From assembly GCA_964442995.1 (NCBI GenBank), contig CAYUBG010000001.1, positions 1-24,304 of the forward strand: DNA of 24,304 bases. Reading direction: 5' to 3'. Shown piece by piece: positions 8,841 through 17,244 of the stretch. The DNA is from an uncultured Candidatus Saccharibacteria bacterium (GTDB taxonomy: Bacteria; Patescibacteriota; Saccharimonadia; Saccharimonadales; AWTP1-31). Every line of letters begins with the position of its first letter. The stretch's first letter is position 1. The notes beneath the pieces are model-generated. The model was not told where the DNA came from. It was given only the letters and a program-made list of their open reading frames with translations, and did no database searches. A program made the translations under genes and the position numbers.

Positions 8841-11800
8841 TTACGCCTCCTCCTTTACTTCGGGTTCAGCCGAATCGTTTTCGTTATCATCATTTGTATC
8901 ATCAAGTGCTATGGCGTCATCTGTAGAAACATCGGAAATTCCGGTGTCGTCCAAGATTTCGAATTCACTAGCAACCATTTCTTCAGTTACATCCATAGGA
9001 ACACTCTGTTCAGGGTGAACTTCTGGCATATGCTCAGCTTCGTCAGCTACCACTGCTTCTAGTACTTCTTCTGCATCGAATTCTTTACCTTCGTTAATTA
9101 GATCAACGCGAAGACTAAGACCTTGAAGTTCTTTTACAAGCACGTTAAAGCTTTCTGGAATCTTCGGACCAACAATTGGTTCTTGCTTAATGATTGATTC
9201 GTAGGCCTTAGAACGACCGTAAACGTCATCAGACTTAAGTGTCAGCATTTCTTGCAGGGTATTTGCAGCACCATATGCTTCTAGTGCCCATACTTCCATC
9301 TCTCCAAATCGCTGACCACCATTTTGCGCCTTACCACCAAGTGGCTGTTGAGTCACCATAGTGTACGGGCCAATACTTCGGGCGTGGATCTTATCTGCAA
9401 CCATGTGGTGCAATTTAATAATGTGCATGATGCCGACCGTTACTCGTTCTTTAAAGTATTCTCCGGTTCGTCCATCAATAAGTTCCTGCTTACCATCATC
9501 TGGCAAACCGGCTTTCTTGAGTTCAGCCTTAATAGTACTGACTGGAACACCGTTAAACGCAGGTGTTGCCGTAGTGTAACCAAGTACGGTTGCAGCTATA
9601 CCAAGATGTGTTTCGAACAACTGGCCAATGTTCATACGAGAAGGCACACCAAGTGGGTTAAGTACAATATCGACAGGAGTTCCATCTTCAGTGAATGGCA
9701 TATCTTCTTCTGGCATGATTCGAGCAACTACACCCTTGTTACCGTGACGTCCAGCAAGCTTATCGCCAACTGCGATCTTACGCATCTGAGCGACAAAGAC
9801 CTGTACCTGCATAAGCACACCGGCTTTAAGATCATGACCGTTTTCACGACTAAAGATCTTAACACCAACAACTTTTCCGTGCTTACCGTTGTTCATTCGT
9901 TGTGAAGTATCACGAACATCTTTAGCTTTTTCACCAAAGATCGCACGCAGCAGTCGTTCTTCAGAACTTAGCTCTTGTTCGCCCTTTGGTGTAATTTTAC
10001 CAACCAAAATGTCGCCAGCTTTTACTTCGGCGCCAATGCGTACAATACCGTTTTCGTCTAGGTGACGAAGGCTTTCTTCTGAAACATTCGGAATATCGCG
10101 TGTAACAATTTCAGGGCCAAGCTTAGTTTCACGAACTTCTACCATGTAATCACTAATATGAATACTAGTTAGTTCGTCGTCTTCTACGATGCGCCGTGAA
10201 ATAACAATTGAATCTTCGAAGTTATAACCACCCCACGGCATGAAGGCAACAGTTAAGTCTTTACCGAGTGCAAGTTCACCGCCATCAGTGCTCATGCCGT
10301 CAACTAGAACGTCGCCAGCTTTTACAGAATCACCGGTGTTAACAACAACTTTTTGGTTCATTGAAGAACCTTCATTTGTACGGACAAAATGCTGTAATTT
10401 GTAGGTTGTTGAGTTCTTAGCGTACTTAACAACCACTTCGCTTGCATCAGATTTTGTAACTGTACCGTCTGCTTCGGCATAAACTACCAGGCCGCTGTTC
10501 TTTGCAACAACTTCTTCCATACCAGTTCCAACCACAGGAGCCTTAGTCTTAATAAGTGGAACAGCTTGTTTCTGTTGGTTAGAGGCAATAAGAGCACGTC
10601 CTACAGCATCTTTTTCAGCGAAAGGAATCAGTGATGCTGTTGAACCAAGAATCTGGTTACGAGTTGCATCCATGTGGGTTACAAGTTCGGCGTCAACTTC
10701 TTCTGGCTGCAATTTAACACGTGCTGAAACACGTTCATCGGCGAATGAACCGTCTTTATTAAGTTCCATACCTGCTGATGCAATCACGGCCTTCTTTTCT
10801 TCGTCAGCATCTAGATAAACTACTTCTTTGGTTACTTTGCCGTTCTTAACAACTCGGTATGGTGATTCAATGAAGCCATATTCATTTACGCGGGCATATG
10901 AACCAAGGTTAAGCACCAAGCCAATGTTGGCACCTTCAGGCGTTTCTACAGTACATAAACGTCCATAGTGTGTTGGATGTGCATCACGCACTTCAAAGCC
11001 AGCGCGTTCTCTAGAAAGACCACCAGGACCCATAGAACTCAGGCGTCGCTTGTGGGCTAGTTCTGAAAGTGGGTTGGTCTGATCCATAAACTGTGAAAGT
11101 TGTGAACTTGCAAAGAATTCGCGAACAGCCGCGACAATTGGTCGGGCATTAATAAGCTGTGCAGGAGTAACAGTTTCAATCTCTGACATGCTCATGCGAT
11201 CTTTGGCATTTCGTTCCATTCGAAGCAAACCAATGCGGAATTGACGTTGTACTAGCTCACCAACCATTTTTACACGGCGGTTTGCAAGGCTATCAATATC
11301 ATCTGGAGCATCTTGCGTGTTATTTAGACGAATGATTTCCTTTACAATTGCTACAAGATCATCTAGTCGCATAACACGGTTTTCAGCTGTGTTGGCAACG
11401 TCAATTTCAAGACGTTTATTCATTTTATAGCGTCCAACACGTGAAAGATCAAAACGTTTGAAGTTGAAGAATACGTTTTCAATAAGACTTCGGGCGTTAT
11501 CTACAGTTGCAAGATCACCCGGACGAATACGTCGGTAAACTTCGATCAAAGCGTCGCTGTTACCTTTGCTTGGATCTTTAGCAATAGTTGCATCTAGGTA
11601 GTTAACTTCACCAGTATCAACATCTTTAAAGATATCTTTTAGCTGATTAGTCTGTGCGTAACCAAGGGCTCTTAGTAGTGTAGTAACGGCGATTTTACGT
11701 CGGCGATCAATTTTTACGTAAATTGCACCGTTAGCAGCTGTTTCGAATTCCAACCATGCGCCACGGCCGGGGATAAGCTTGGCGCCGTATAGGTTTCTTC

Positions 11801-12254
11801 CACCGCTTTTTTCGGCAGTAAAGAAGATACCAGGACTTCGAATAAGTTGACTTACAACAACACGTTCAGCACCATTAATTACAAAAGTACCACGTGATGT
11901 CATCCACGGGTAGTCACCAAGGTAGATTTCTTGTTCTTTAACTTCGCCAGTTACTTTATTAGTAAGTTCAACGTTCGCATATAATGGAGCGTCGAAACTA
12001 ACATTGTTTTCGCGAGCTTCAAGTTCGCTGATTTTTGGATCAGCAAAACGATAATCTTTGAAACGAAGTTCAAGTTTAGTGCCAGTATAGTCTTCTATTG
12101 GGTTAACCTCTGCGAAAATTTCGCCGAGGCCTTCCTGTACGAAGTTCGTAAACGACGTAGTTTGATGTTCAATTAAGTTTGGTAGCGCTAGCGCGTCATC
12201 GACCTGTGTAAAGTAGACTCGCTTGTTGCGCTTTTTCAGATCTGTCTTAGCCAT
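8841..12254 (-). CDS. rpoB: RNA polymerase beta subunit
   Basis: SQLSQFMDQ, ETPEG, GYNFEDS, GDKLAGRHGNKG, GGQRFGEME. Start moved to ATG 12254, preceded by AAGGAG. Confidence 0.99.
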   Translation of the reverse strand: MAKTDLKKRNKRVYFTQVDDALALPNLIEHQTTSFTNFVQEGLGEIFAEVNPIEDYTGTKLELRFKDYRFADPKISELEARENNVSFDAPLYANVELTNKVTGEVKEQEIYLGDYPWMTSRGTFVINGAERVVVSQLIRSPGIFFTAEKSGGRNLYGAKLIPGRGAWLEFETAANGAIYVKIDRRRKIAVTTLLRALGYAQTNQLKDIFKDVDTGEVNYLDATIAKDPSKGNSDALIEVYRRIRPGDLATVDNARSLIENVFFNFKRFDLSRVGRYKMNKRLEIDVANTAENRVMRLDDLVAIVKEIIRLNNTQDAPDDIDSLANRRVKMVGELVQRQFRIGLLRMERNAKDRMSMSEIETVTPAQLINARPIVAAVREFFASSQLSQFMDQTNPLSELAHKRRLSSMGPGGLSRERAGFEVRDAHPTHYGRLCTVETPEGANIGLVLNLGSYARVNEYGFIESPYRVVKNGKVTKEVVYLDADEEKKAVIASAGMELNKDGSFADERVSARVKLQPEEVDAELVTHMDATRNQILGSTASLIPFAEKDAVGRALIASNQQKQAVPLIKTKAPVVGTGMEEVVAKNSGLVVYAEADGTVTKSDASEVVVKYAKNSTTYKLQHFVRTNEGSSMNQKVVVNTGDSVKAGDVLVDGMSTDGGELALGKDLTVAFMPWGGYNFEDSIVISRRIVEDDELTSIHISDYMVEVRETKLGPEIVTRDIPNVSEESLRHLDENGIVRIGAEVKAGDILVGKITPKGEQELSSEERLLRAIFGEKAKDVRDTSQRMNNGKHGKVVGVKIFSRENGHDLKAGVLMQVQVFVAQMRKIAVGDKLAGRHGNKGVVARIMPEEDMPFTEDGTPVDIVLNPLGVPSRMNIGQLFETHLGIAATVLGYTTATPAFNGVPVSTIKAELKKAGLPDDGKQELIDGRTGEYFKERVTVGIMHIIKLHHMVADKIHARSIGPYTMVTQQPLGGKAQNGGQRFGEMEVWALEAYGAANTLQEMLTLKSDDVYGRSKAYESIIKQEPIVGPKIPESFNVLVKELQGLSLRVDLINEGKEFDAEEVLEAVVADEAEHMPEVHPEQSVPMDVTEEMVASEFEILDDTGISDVSTDDAIALDDTNDDNENDSAEPEVKEEA

Positions 12255-12414
12255 AGGCAGAATAAAGCTCCTTGGATTTAAGTGCTTCGTAAGCAACAGC
12301 TTAGAATGCGCATAAATACGTTAATTAAAATTGATCACCGAAGTTCCCTTAAGTCGTCTGTTTTGCTAGCGTGCACCAAAAGCAAAACGTCACTTACACT
12401 ACCTCTTGTACTCA

Positions 12415-12443
12415 ATTCTGCGCTATCAGATCAAAATTGTCAA
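12415..12443 (-). promoter_or_regulatory. Sigma70-type promoter for rpoBC
   Basis: Perfect TTGACA (12438-12443), 17 nt, CAGAAT (12415-12420). Confidence 0.7.
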
Positions 12444-12454
12444 CAATAAAGCTG

Positions 12455-13165
12455 TTAGTCCCTAACTTTTTCAATTGGATGACCACTTGTTGAAGCGTGG
12501 ATCCATAGTGCTCGAGGTTGCTGCGCACCATCACCGAGAGTAGCAATGCGTTGCCTCAGCGAAGAAATTGGCGGAATTAATCGTGAATCCCATCGTAAAG
12601 CACGCTTCATTCCGGCATTCGTGGCAGTATCTATTGCTGCAGTATTTTCTGGTCGTATCAGAGTTACCGAAAGGGCAACTTCGCTAGCTCCTAGAGCTAC
12701 CGAAGGATTTCGTAGAATATGTTTTAGGGTTTGTTCTGGCAATCCTTCCGGGTGACTATTAGCCACCCACCCAGATACAGACGAAACATCAACAAGCGAA
12801 TGAACACCAAGCACCCCTCCATACTGTGTGCCATGCCACGCCTGTATCACACGTAGAATACGTTGTTGTCTAGGAGTCAAGCGATCTTTTGCTGTAAAGC
12901 CGTATGCAACAATGTTATCTGGGTCTGTTGCAATCCAGGCATTAAAACCAGATCCAGAATCCAAAGTTGCCACGGCTGCACGAGCCGTAGACCGCCTTGC
13001 AGTTTCATTATGCATGTATAGCCTGGTGGCACTAGGAAATTCGGTATCTAGTCGCATTCGGTTATCTATAACAGCACACTGAAGTTTATATGCGTCATCT
13101 GGTTCTATTGGTCGGATAGTAAATTGTTCGGTTTCTAAAGCGCTCATTGCATTGTTATAACTCAT
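12455..13165 (-). CDS. Divergent GNAT (RimJ/RimL-like) fold protein, paralog A
   Basis: FTIRPIEPDDA N-terminus, VSGWV strand and IRPENTAAI...AGM motif-B-like segment; no canonical Q/RxxGxG loop. Confidence 0.55.
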   Translation of the reverse strand: MSYNNAMSALETEQFTIRPIEPDDAYKLQCAVIDNRMRLDTEFPSATRLYMHNETARRSTARAAVATLDSGSGFNAWIATDPDNIVAYGFTAKDRLTPRQQRILRVIQAWHGTQYGGVLGVHSLVDVSSVSGWVANSHPEGLPEQTLKHILRNPSVALGASEVALSVTLIRPENTAAIDTATNAGMKRALRWDSRLIPPISSLRQRIATLGDGAQQPRALWIHASTSGHPIEKVRD

Positions 13166-13206
13166 CTGATCAGATATTACCAGATGTTCCAGTAGTTTTT
13201 ATAAGG

Positions 13207-13884
13207 CTAGCTAGCAAGTTGCATGACATATTTGACGCCTGGATATGTTCTACCCTCTACCTTTACTGAATCTCTACCGCCAGATTCAAAGCCGTATGAA
13301 GGAAGTTCAAGCATATTTTCAGGCACGACTAATCTGTTTTGGTTGCCAGATTCAAACGGTACAACAGTCTGGATGGTGTCAACACCCGCTGCACGACATA
13401 CCGCTATGCCTCCCGCCAAAACCCCACTAGCAACTACCGAGTCTTCAAGTTTGTACGCCCTGGTTCGCTCACTGTCAAACCACGAAGATAAATGACGAGT
13501 CCGCTGTTTGGGAGAACGTATTTTTTGTACAATCCTATTAGAGAACTTTTCTGAATCTTGTGGAACACCCGCTACCATCGTGCCGATCGCTTGCAGATTA
13601 GCGGTCTCGTCTTCTAGACTTACAAGATACGCTCCGACAGATTTAGATCTTTCCAAAGCTTCAATTCTTTGTCGCGACGATTCTACTGTTTTATAACGTG
13701 CCGGCAAAGAAGGGTCAAGAAGCGCCGAACGAAAATCCTCTTCAGTAAATTGTGCATAAAGTTCAGTTACTGCTTCTGGGTGATCACCATCGGAACACAA
13801 ACGTTCAAAGTGGATATTAAATAAACCTATCGGCAAAGCATTGGTTGCTTGATCTGGAAAATTAAGCTCACGGTTTTTTGTCAT
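13207..13884 (-). CDS. Hypothetical protein, probable divergent GNAT fold, paralog B (225 aa)
   Basis: Start at ATG 13884, directly after TGGTATAAT. The longer track ORF overlaps the neighbouring gene. LSSWFD motif shared with its neighbours. Confidence 0.6.
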   Translation of the reverse strand: MTKNRELNFPDQATNALPIGLFNIHFERLCSDGDHPEAVTELYAQFTEEDFRSALLDPSLPARYKTVESSRQRIEALERSKSVGAYLVSLEDETANLQAIGTMVAGVPQDSEKFSNRIVQKIRSPKQRTRHLSSWFDSERTRAYKLEDSVVASGVLAGGIAVCRAAGVDTIQTVVPFESGNQNRLVVPENMLELPSYGFESGGRDSVKVEGRTYPGVKYVMQLAS

Positions 13885-13890
13885 ATGTAT

Positions 13891-13899
13891 ATTATACCA
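13891..13899 (-). promoter_or_regulatory. Extended -10 promoter, predicted leaderless mRNA
   Basis: TGGTATAAT followed 6 nt later by the ATG at 13884; no Shine-Dalgarno. Confidence 0.7.
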
Positions 13900-13939
13900 T
13901 TTTTTGTCAACTATTCGTAATTTCGCAATAACAAATAGT

Positions 13940-14584
13940 TTAAAGATTTTTAGTCCATAGCTCAGAAACATAGAATTTACCATCAGAAACAACACCCTTG
14001 ATACCTTTCGATTTGAATTCAAGTATGTCCGGATCGGCAATCAGACGATCGAGCGCAACGAGACGGCCAGCATAATCAGAACCACTCGAACGATCGATCA
14101 TGCAGACAGCATCAGCACCTTTGTGCCTCGCTAAATCTACTGCTGTAGATACAACATTGTAAGCAAACCCAGAAAACGTAAGTCTTCCGCGGTAAGGTTC
14201 AAGCGCATCTGTATCAACCCAGGCGCTGATTAATCTGTTATCCCGTTTTTTATGCAGAACTGAACGTTGCTCTATAACTGGGCTTACTGCAACCATTCCA
14301 ATAGGTTTAACACAGTTGCGTTCAAGCTTGTCTGATTCTACTATCACAAACGAATCTCTTGCCCGCACTTTTGTACCTGAACTTGGAAAATCTTCGGCTA
14401 CAACACCAGGATCTGCACCAACCGCTAGTAATTGTTCTGAGGTGTGTTGCGCTAGAAACTCTCCAAGAGCATCACGGTTGCTTCGGTAGTATAGATACTC
14501 ACCAAGAGGTCTAAGTATTGTAGGTTGCTTACGAACTTCACAGCCTCGTTCGTGTAAATGTGGGGATGTTGTTACATATGTCAC
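13940..14584 (-). CDS. Hypothetical protein, probable divergent GNAT fold, paralog C (214 aa)
   Basis: GTG start (uncertain); PIGMV and ISAWVD motifs, YRGR remnant loop, ARHKGADAV helix. Confidence 0.55.
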   Translation of the reverse strand: MTYVTTSPHLHERGCEVRKQPTILRPLGEYLYYRSNRDALGEFLAQHTSEQLLAVGADPGVVAEDFPSSGTKVRARDSFVIVESDKLERNCVKPIGMVAVSPVIEQRSVLHKKRDNRLISAWVDTDALEPYRGRLTFSGFAYNVVSTAVDLARHKGADAVCMIDRSSGSDYAGRLVALDRLIADPDILEFKSKGIKGVVSDGKFYVSELWTKNL

Positions 14585-14607
14585 TTTGGCTGCTCTATAT
14601 TCCTTGG

Positions 14608-15192
14608 TTATTTTGGAGGTTGGGTAATGATTTTGTCAATTAGACCGTACTTTAGTGATTCCTCGGAATTCATCCAGAAATCTCGTTCCATGTCTTCGTG
14701 GATTCTTGCACGTTTTTGCCCAGTATTCTTGGTCATAATCTCTTCCAGAAGTCCTTTTATGCGAAGGCTTTCTTTTAGATCAATCTCTTGATCGGTTACT
14801 TTGCCTCTGGTACCGCTTGACGGTTGATGAATCATAACAGTTGAATTAGGAAGTAAGAATCGTTTACCCTTTGTACCGGATGAAAGTAAAAATGCAGCCG
14901 CGGAAGCTTGCATACCTATACCAACAGTTTGGACGTCGTTTTGAATATACTTCATGGTATCGTAGATGGCTAAGGCATCGTATGCGCTTCCACCAGGGCT
15001 ATTAATATACATGTAGACATCTTTTTTGGCATCTTCAGATTGCAAGAACAGAAGCTGTGCGACAATAATACCAGCAGTATGTTCATTCACCTCATCGTGA
15101 AGAAAGATTATACGATCTCTTAACAAACGACTGTAGATGTCGAAAGCTCGTTCGCCCTGGCCAGATGGTTCTATAACAGTAGGTATCAACAT
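14608..15192 (-). CDS. clpP: ATP-dependent Clp protease proteolytic subunit
   Basis: DIYSRLLRDRIIFL, YINSPGG, catalytic ASAA (Ser), IHQP (His), ERD (Asp). Confidence 0.98.
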   Translation of the reverse strand: MLIPTVIEPSGQGERAFDIYSRLLRDRIIFLHDEVNEHTAGIIVAQLLFLQSEDAKKDVYMYINSPGGSAYDALAIYDTMKYIQNDVQTVGIGMQASAAAFLLSSGTKGKRFLLPNSTVMIHQPSSGTRGKVTDQEIDLKESLRIKGLLEEIMTKNTGQKRARIHEDMERDFWMNSEESLKYGLIDKIITQPPK

Positions 15193-15201
15193 AATACCCT
15201 G

Positions 15202-15230
15202 ATTGTAGAGTTTCTAGCACTCGCTGTCAA
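15202..15230 (-). promoter_or_regulatory. Sigma70-type promoter for clpP
   Basis: TTGACA (15225-15230), 17 nt, TACAAT (15202-15207), 9 nt, ATG. Confidence 0.85.
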
Positions 15231-15240
15231 CGACTGCTAA
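15214..15240. promoter_or_regulatory. CIRCE element (HrcA operator)
   Basis: Minus strand TTAGCAGTC-N9-GAGTGCTAG versus consensus TTAGCACTC-N9-GAGTGCTAA: 8/9 in each arm with exact spacing; the -35 box lies in the spacer. Confidence 0.85.
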
Positions 15241-15528
15241 TTATTCTGAGTTTTCTACTTCACTTTGCAATAAAGGCTCTCGACGGACAGCCACGCCCTT
15301 AACGATGCTCGCCAATCCGCCGAATGCTAAAGCACTGACACAAATCATACGCTCCACACCCCGGCCCTGGAACGCCTGGTCGTACTGAGCTCCAATAGAG
15401 GCAATTAGCCATGAACTGCCGTACAATATTCCTTCAGCTGGTGTTTCGGGCTTTAGTTCTTTCAATCCATCCAGTAGATCTGATTCTGCCTTATTAACGA
15501 CGGATTTAAGAACATTATGTAGTGACAT
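15241..15528 (-). CDS. Hypothetical protein with hydrophobic segments (95 aa)
   Basis: ATG 2 nt after the tig stop; fills the gap up to the CIRCE element. Confidence 0.55.
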   Translation of the reverse strand: MSLHNVLKSVVNKAESDLLDGLKELKPETPAEGILYGSSWLIASIGAQYDQAFQGRGVERMICVSALAFGGLASIVKGVAVRREPLLQSEVENSE

Positions 15529-15530
15529 CG

Positions 15531-16814
15531 CTACTTCTTAGTGGCAATTTCAACTAATCGATCAACTGTTTTTTCAGTCAGAAGCCTTGAGGCGACTTCG
15601 CGTTGCATTTCTGGCTGATCAAACTGGTCGGCATTTTGCTTGTATTGAACTTTATAAAGTTGTGTACGTTCAGCAATCTCTTCATTTGTTACTGTAATCG
15701 CTTCTTGTTCCGCAACCTCGGCAAGCACCATTCCCACTGAAACTCTTCGTTCAGCCTGTGGTTGCAGTTCTTTCTTCTTCCATTCTTCTTCGTCTTTAAA
15801 CCCGGCTTGCTTTAAGTATTCAGCTTTTGTCATGCCTCTGTACACAAGGTTTTGACTGAAATCCTGTTCGAGCATAGCAACTTGATCGTTCACCAAAACT
15901 TCAGGTAGCTTAAATTCAGATTTCTTAACTAGTTCTTCAACTAGTTCATCTTTCATACGATTCAACGCTTCTTGCTGTTTCTGTTCTTCTAGCTGATTTT
16001 TGATATCGGCGATTAGTTCTTTAGCTGTCTTGAATGGGCCGATCTTAGCAGCCAACTCATCATTAACTTCTGGTAGTGTAACTGCTTGAACATTTTTAAC
16101 AGTTACATTGAAGGTTATTGCTGTACCGGCAAGTGTTTGGGCGTGGTAATCCTTAGGAAATGATAGTTTGAGTTCTTTTGTATCACCTTTTTTAACACCG
16201 ATAAGTCCATCTTCAAAGCCAGGTATGAACGAGTTACTTCCAAGATTCAATGAATAATCTGTACCACTCGCGCCAGATACAGACTTTCCATCTTTATCAG
16301 TACCAGTGAAGTCGATTATCACATCGTCACCCTTTTTTGCTGGCTTTTCTGAATCTATTTTCTCGGCCATTTGTGAACGAAGATTACTCAGCACATCTTC
16401 AACATCTTTTTCACTTACCGTAACTTTTGCTACAGCCTTTTTGATCTTTTTGTAATCACCAAGCTTAACTTTGGGCATTATTTCAACTTCAGCTACAAAT
16501 TCGAGTTCAGTATATGGTACAAATTTTCCAATAGTCACATCTGGTTGATTCAGTGTGCGCAATTTCTGTTCTTCAACAGCTTTACCGTAAAAATCATTGA
16601 TAGCGTGGTTGATTACGCTTACCTGAAGCTGATTCTCGTCAAGTTGTTTTTCTACAACCGTAAGGGGTGCCTTACCTTTTCTAAAACCGGCAACTTTTAC
16701 CGTTTTAGCCTGCTCTTGAAGCTCGTGCTGTTTGGCGTGGACCAACTCTTCAAGCCCAAGAGTAATGGTTAATTTAACTTTAGTGTCTGAAATGTCTTTA
16801 CGTGTTACTTGCAT
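15531..16814 (-). CDS. tig: Trigger factor
   Basis: GFRKGKAP ribosome-binding motif, FKBP-type domain (FIPGFED, FPKDYHA); 427 aa. Confidence 0.97.
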   Translation of the reverse strand: MQVTRKDISDTKVKLTITLGLEELVHAKQHELQEQAKTVKVAGFRKGKAPLTVVEKQLDENQLQVSVINHAINDFYGKAVEEQKLRTLNQPDVTIGKFVPYTELEFVAEVEIMPKVKLGDYKKIKKAVAKVTVSEKDVEDVLSNLRSQMAEKIDSEKPAKKGDDVIIDFTGTDKDGKSVSGASGTDYSLNLGSNSFIPGFEDGLIGVKKGDTKELKLSFPKDYHAQTLAGTAITFNVTVKNVQAVTLPEVNDELAAKIGPFKTAKELIADIKNQLEEQKQQEALNRMKDELVEELVKKSEFKLPEVLVNDQVAMLEQDFSQNLVYRGMTKAEYLKQAGFKDEEEWKKKELQPQAERRVSVGMVLAEVAEQEAITVTNEEIAERTQLYKVQYKQNADQFDQPEMQREVASRLLTEKTVDRLVEIATKK

Positions 16815-16941
16815 AAGTGGCCATTATGCCACATCAGATGAAAAATTGCGAATCTTGGCCTATGAACTGGCTTTTTTGTACATATAGGTGCATACTAGTT
16901 AGTAATAAATGGTGTGTAAGGTACGGAAGGTTACGAAAACA

Positions 16942-17001
16942 ATGTCAAAAGACAAAGGCCGTAAAGAAAAGAAAAAACCTAAGCAAAGCAAGGAAGTGTA
17001 A
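16942..17001 (+). CDS. Small basic peptide MSKDKGRKEKKKPKQSKEV (19 aa)
   Basis: Not in the ORF track. GGAAGG upstream; the TAA lies 1 nt before the next ATG. Confidence 0.45.
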   Translation: MSKDKGRKEKKKPKQSKEV

Positions 17002-17002
17002 C

Positions 17003-17227
17003 ATGGCGACCGTTGCCTATTCACTCGACGAAGCAGCAGTACAACTGCGAGTCTTAGAAAAAGATCCTACTATGAACACGGTTGGCGCCTACAGCCCAAC
17101 TGCAACGGATTTTCCAGATCAGATCCGACCATTCAGCGAAGTACACCTTGAATACTTACGCAAGAATAAACACGTTAATCCGGATCATTACATCTCAAAT
17201 CTTCGTATAATGCTCAAAAAACGTTAG
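17003..17227 (+). CDS. Hypothetical protein (74 aa)
   Basis: AGGAAG upstream of ATG 17003 (MATVAYS...HYISNLRIMLKKR). The longer track ORF runs through the tig promoter region and is unlikely. Confidence 0.7.
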   Translation: MATVAYSLDEAAVQLRVLEKDPTMNTVGAYSPTATDFPDQIRPFSEVHLEYLRKNKHVNPDHYISNLRIMLKKR

Positions 17228-17231
17228 TAAC

Positions 17232-17244
17232 AGCCCTTCGGGTT
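17232..17244 (+). terminator. Weak hairpin between convergent genes
   Basis: AGCCC-TTC-GGGTT followed by TTATT; short stem containing a G-U pair. Confidence 0.35.

Noticed and set aside
2041-9905. Many short plus-strand and alternate-frame ORFs within fusA, rpsG, rpoC and rpoB
   Set aside because: Overlap well-supported core genes and have no Shine-Dalgarno or motif support; typical shadow ORFs.
11030-11110. Possible rifampicin-resistance substitutions in RpoB cluster I
   Set aside because: Residues equivalent to Q513, D516, H526 and S531 are intact; only minor changes (A532S, L533M).
12255-12408. Hairpins in the rpoB leader (GTTTTGCT/AGCAAAAC; TGCTT-ACG-AAGCA)
   Set aside because: Short isolated stems with no coherent architecture; cannot be separated from chance without comparative data.
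13905-13910. TTGACA near the TATAAT of paralog B
   Set aside because: Spacer is only 8 nt, so it cannot be the -35 of that promoter; the extended -10 suffices.
13885-14040. N-terminal extension of ORF 13207..14040, and similar extensions on hisS (18600), rpoB (12296), 16817 and 1347
   Set aside because: They overlap neighbouring genes or promoters; the downstream starts have better signals.
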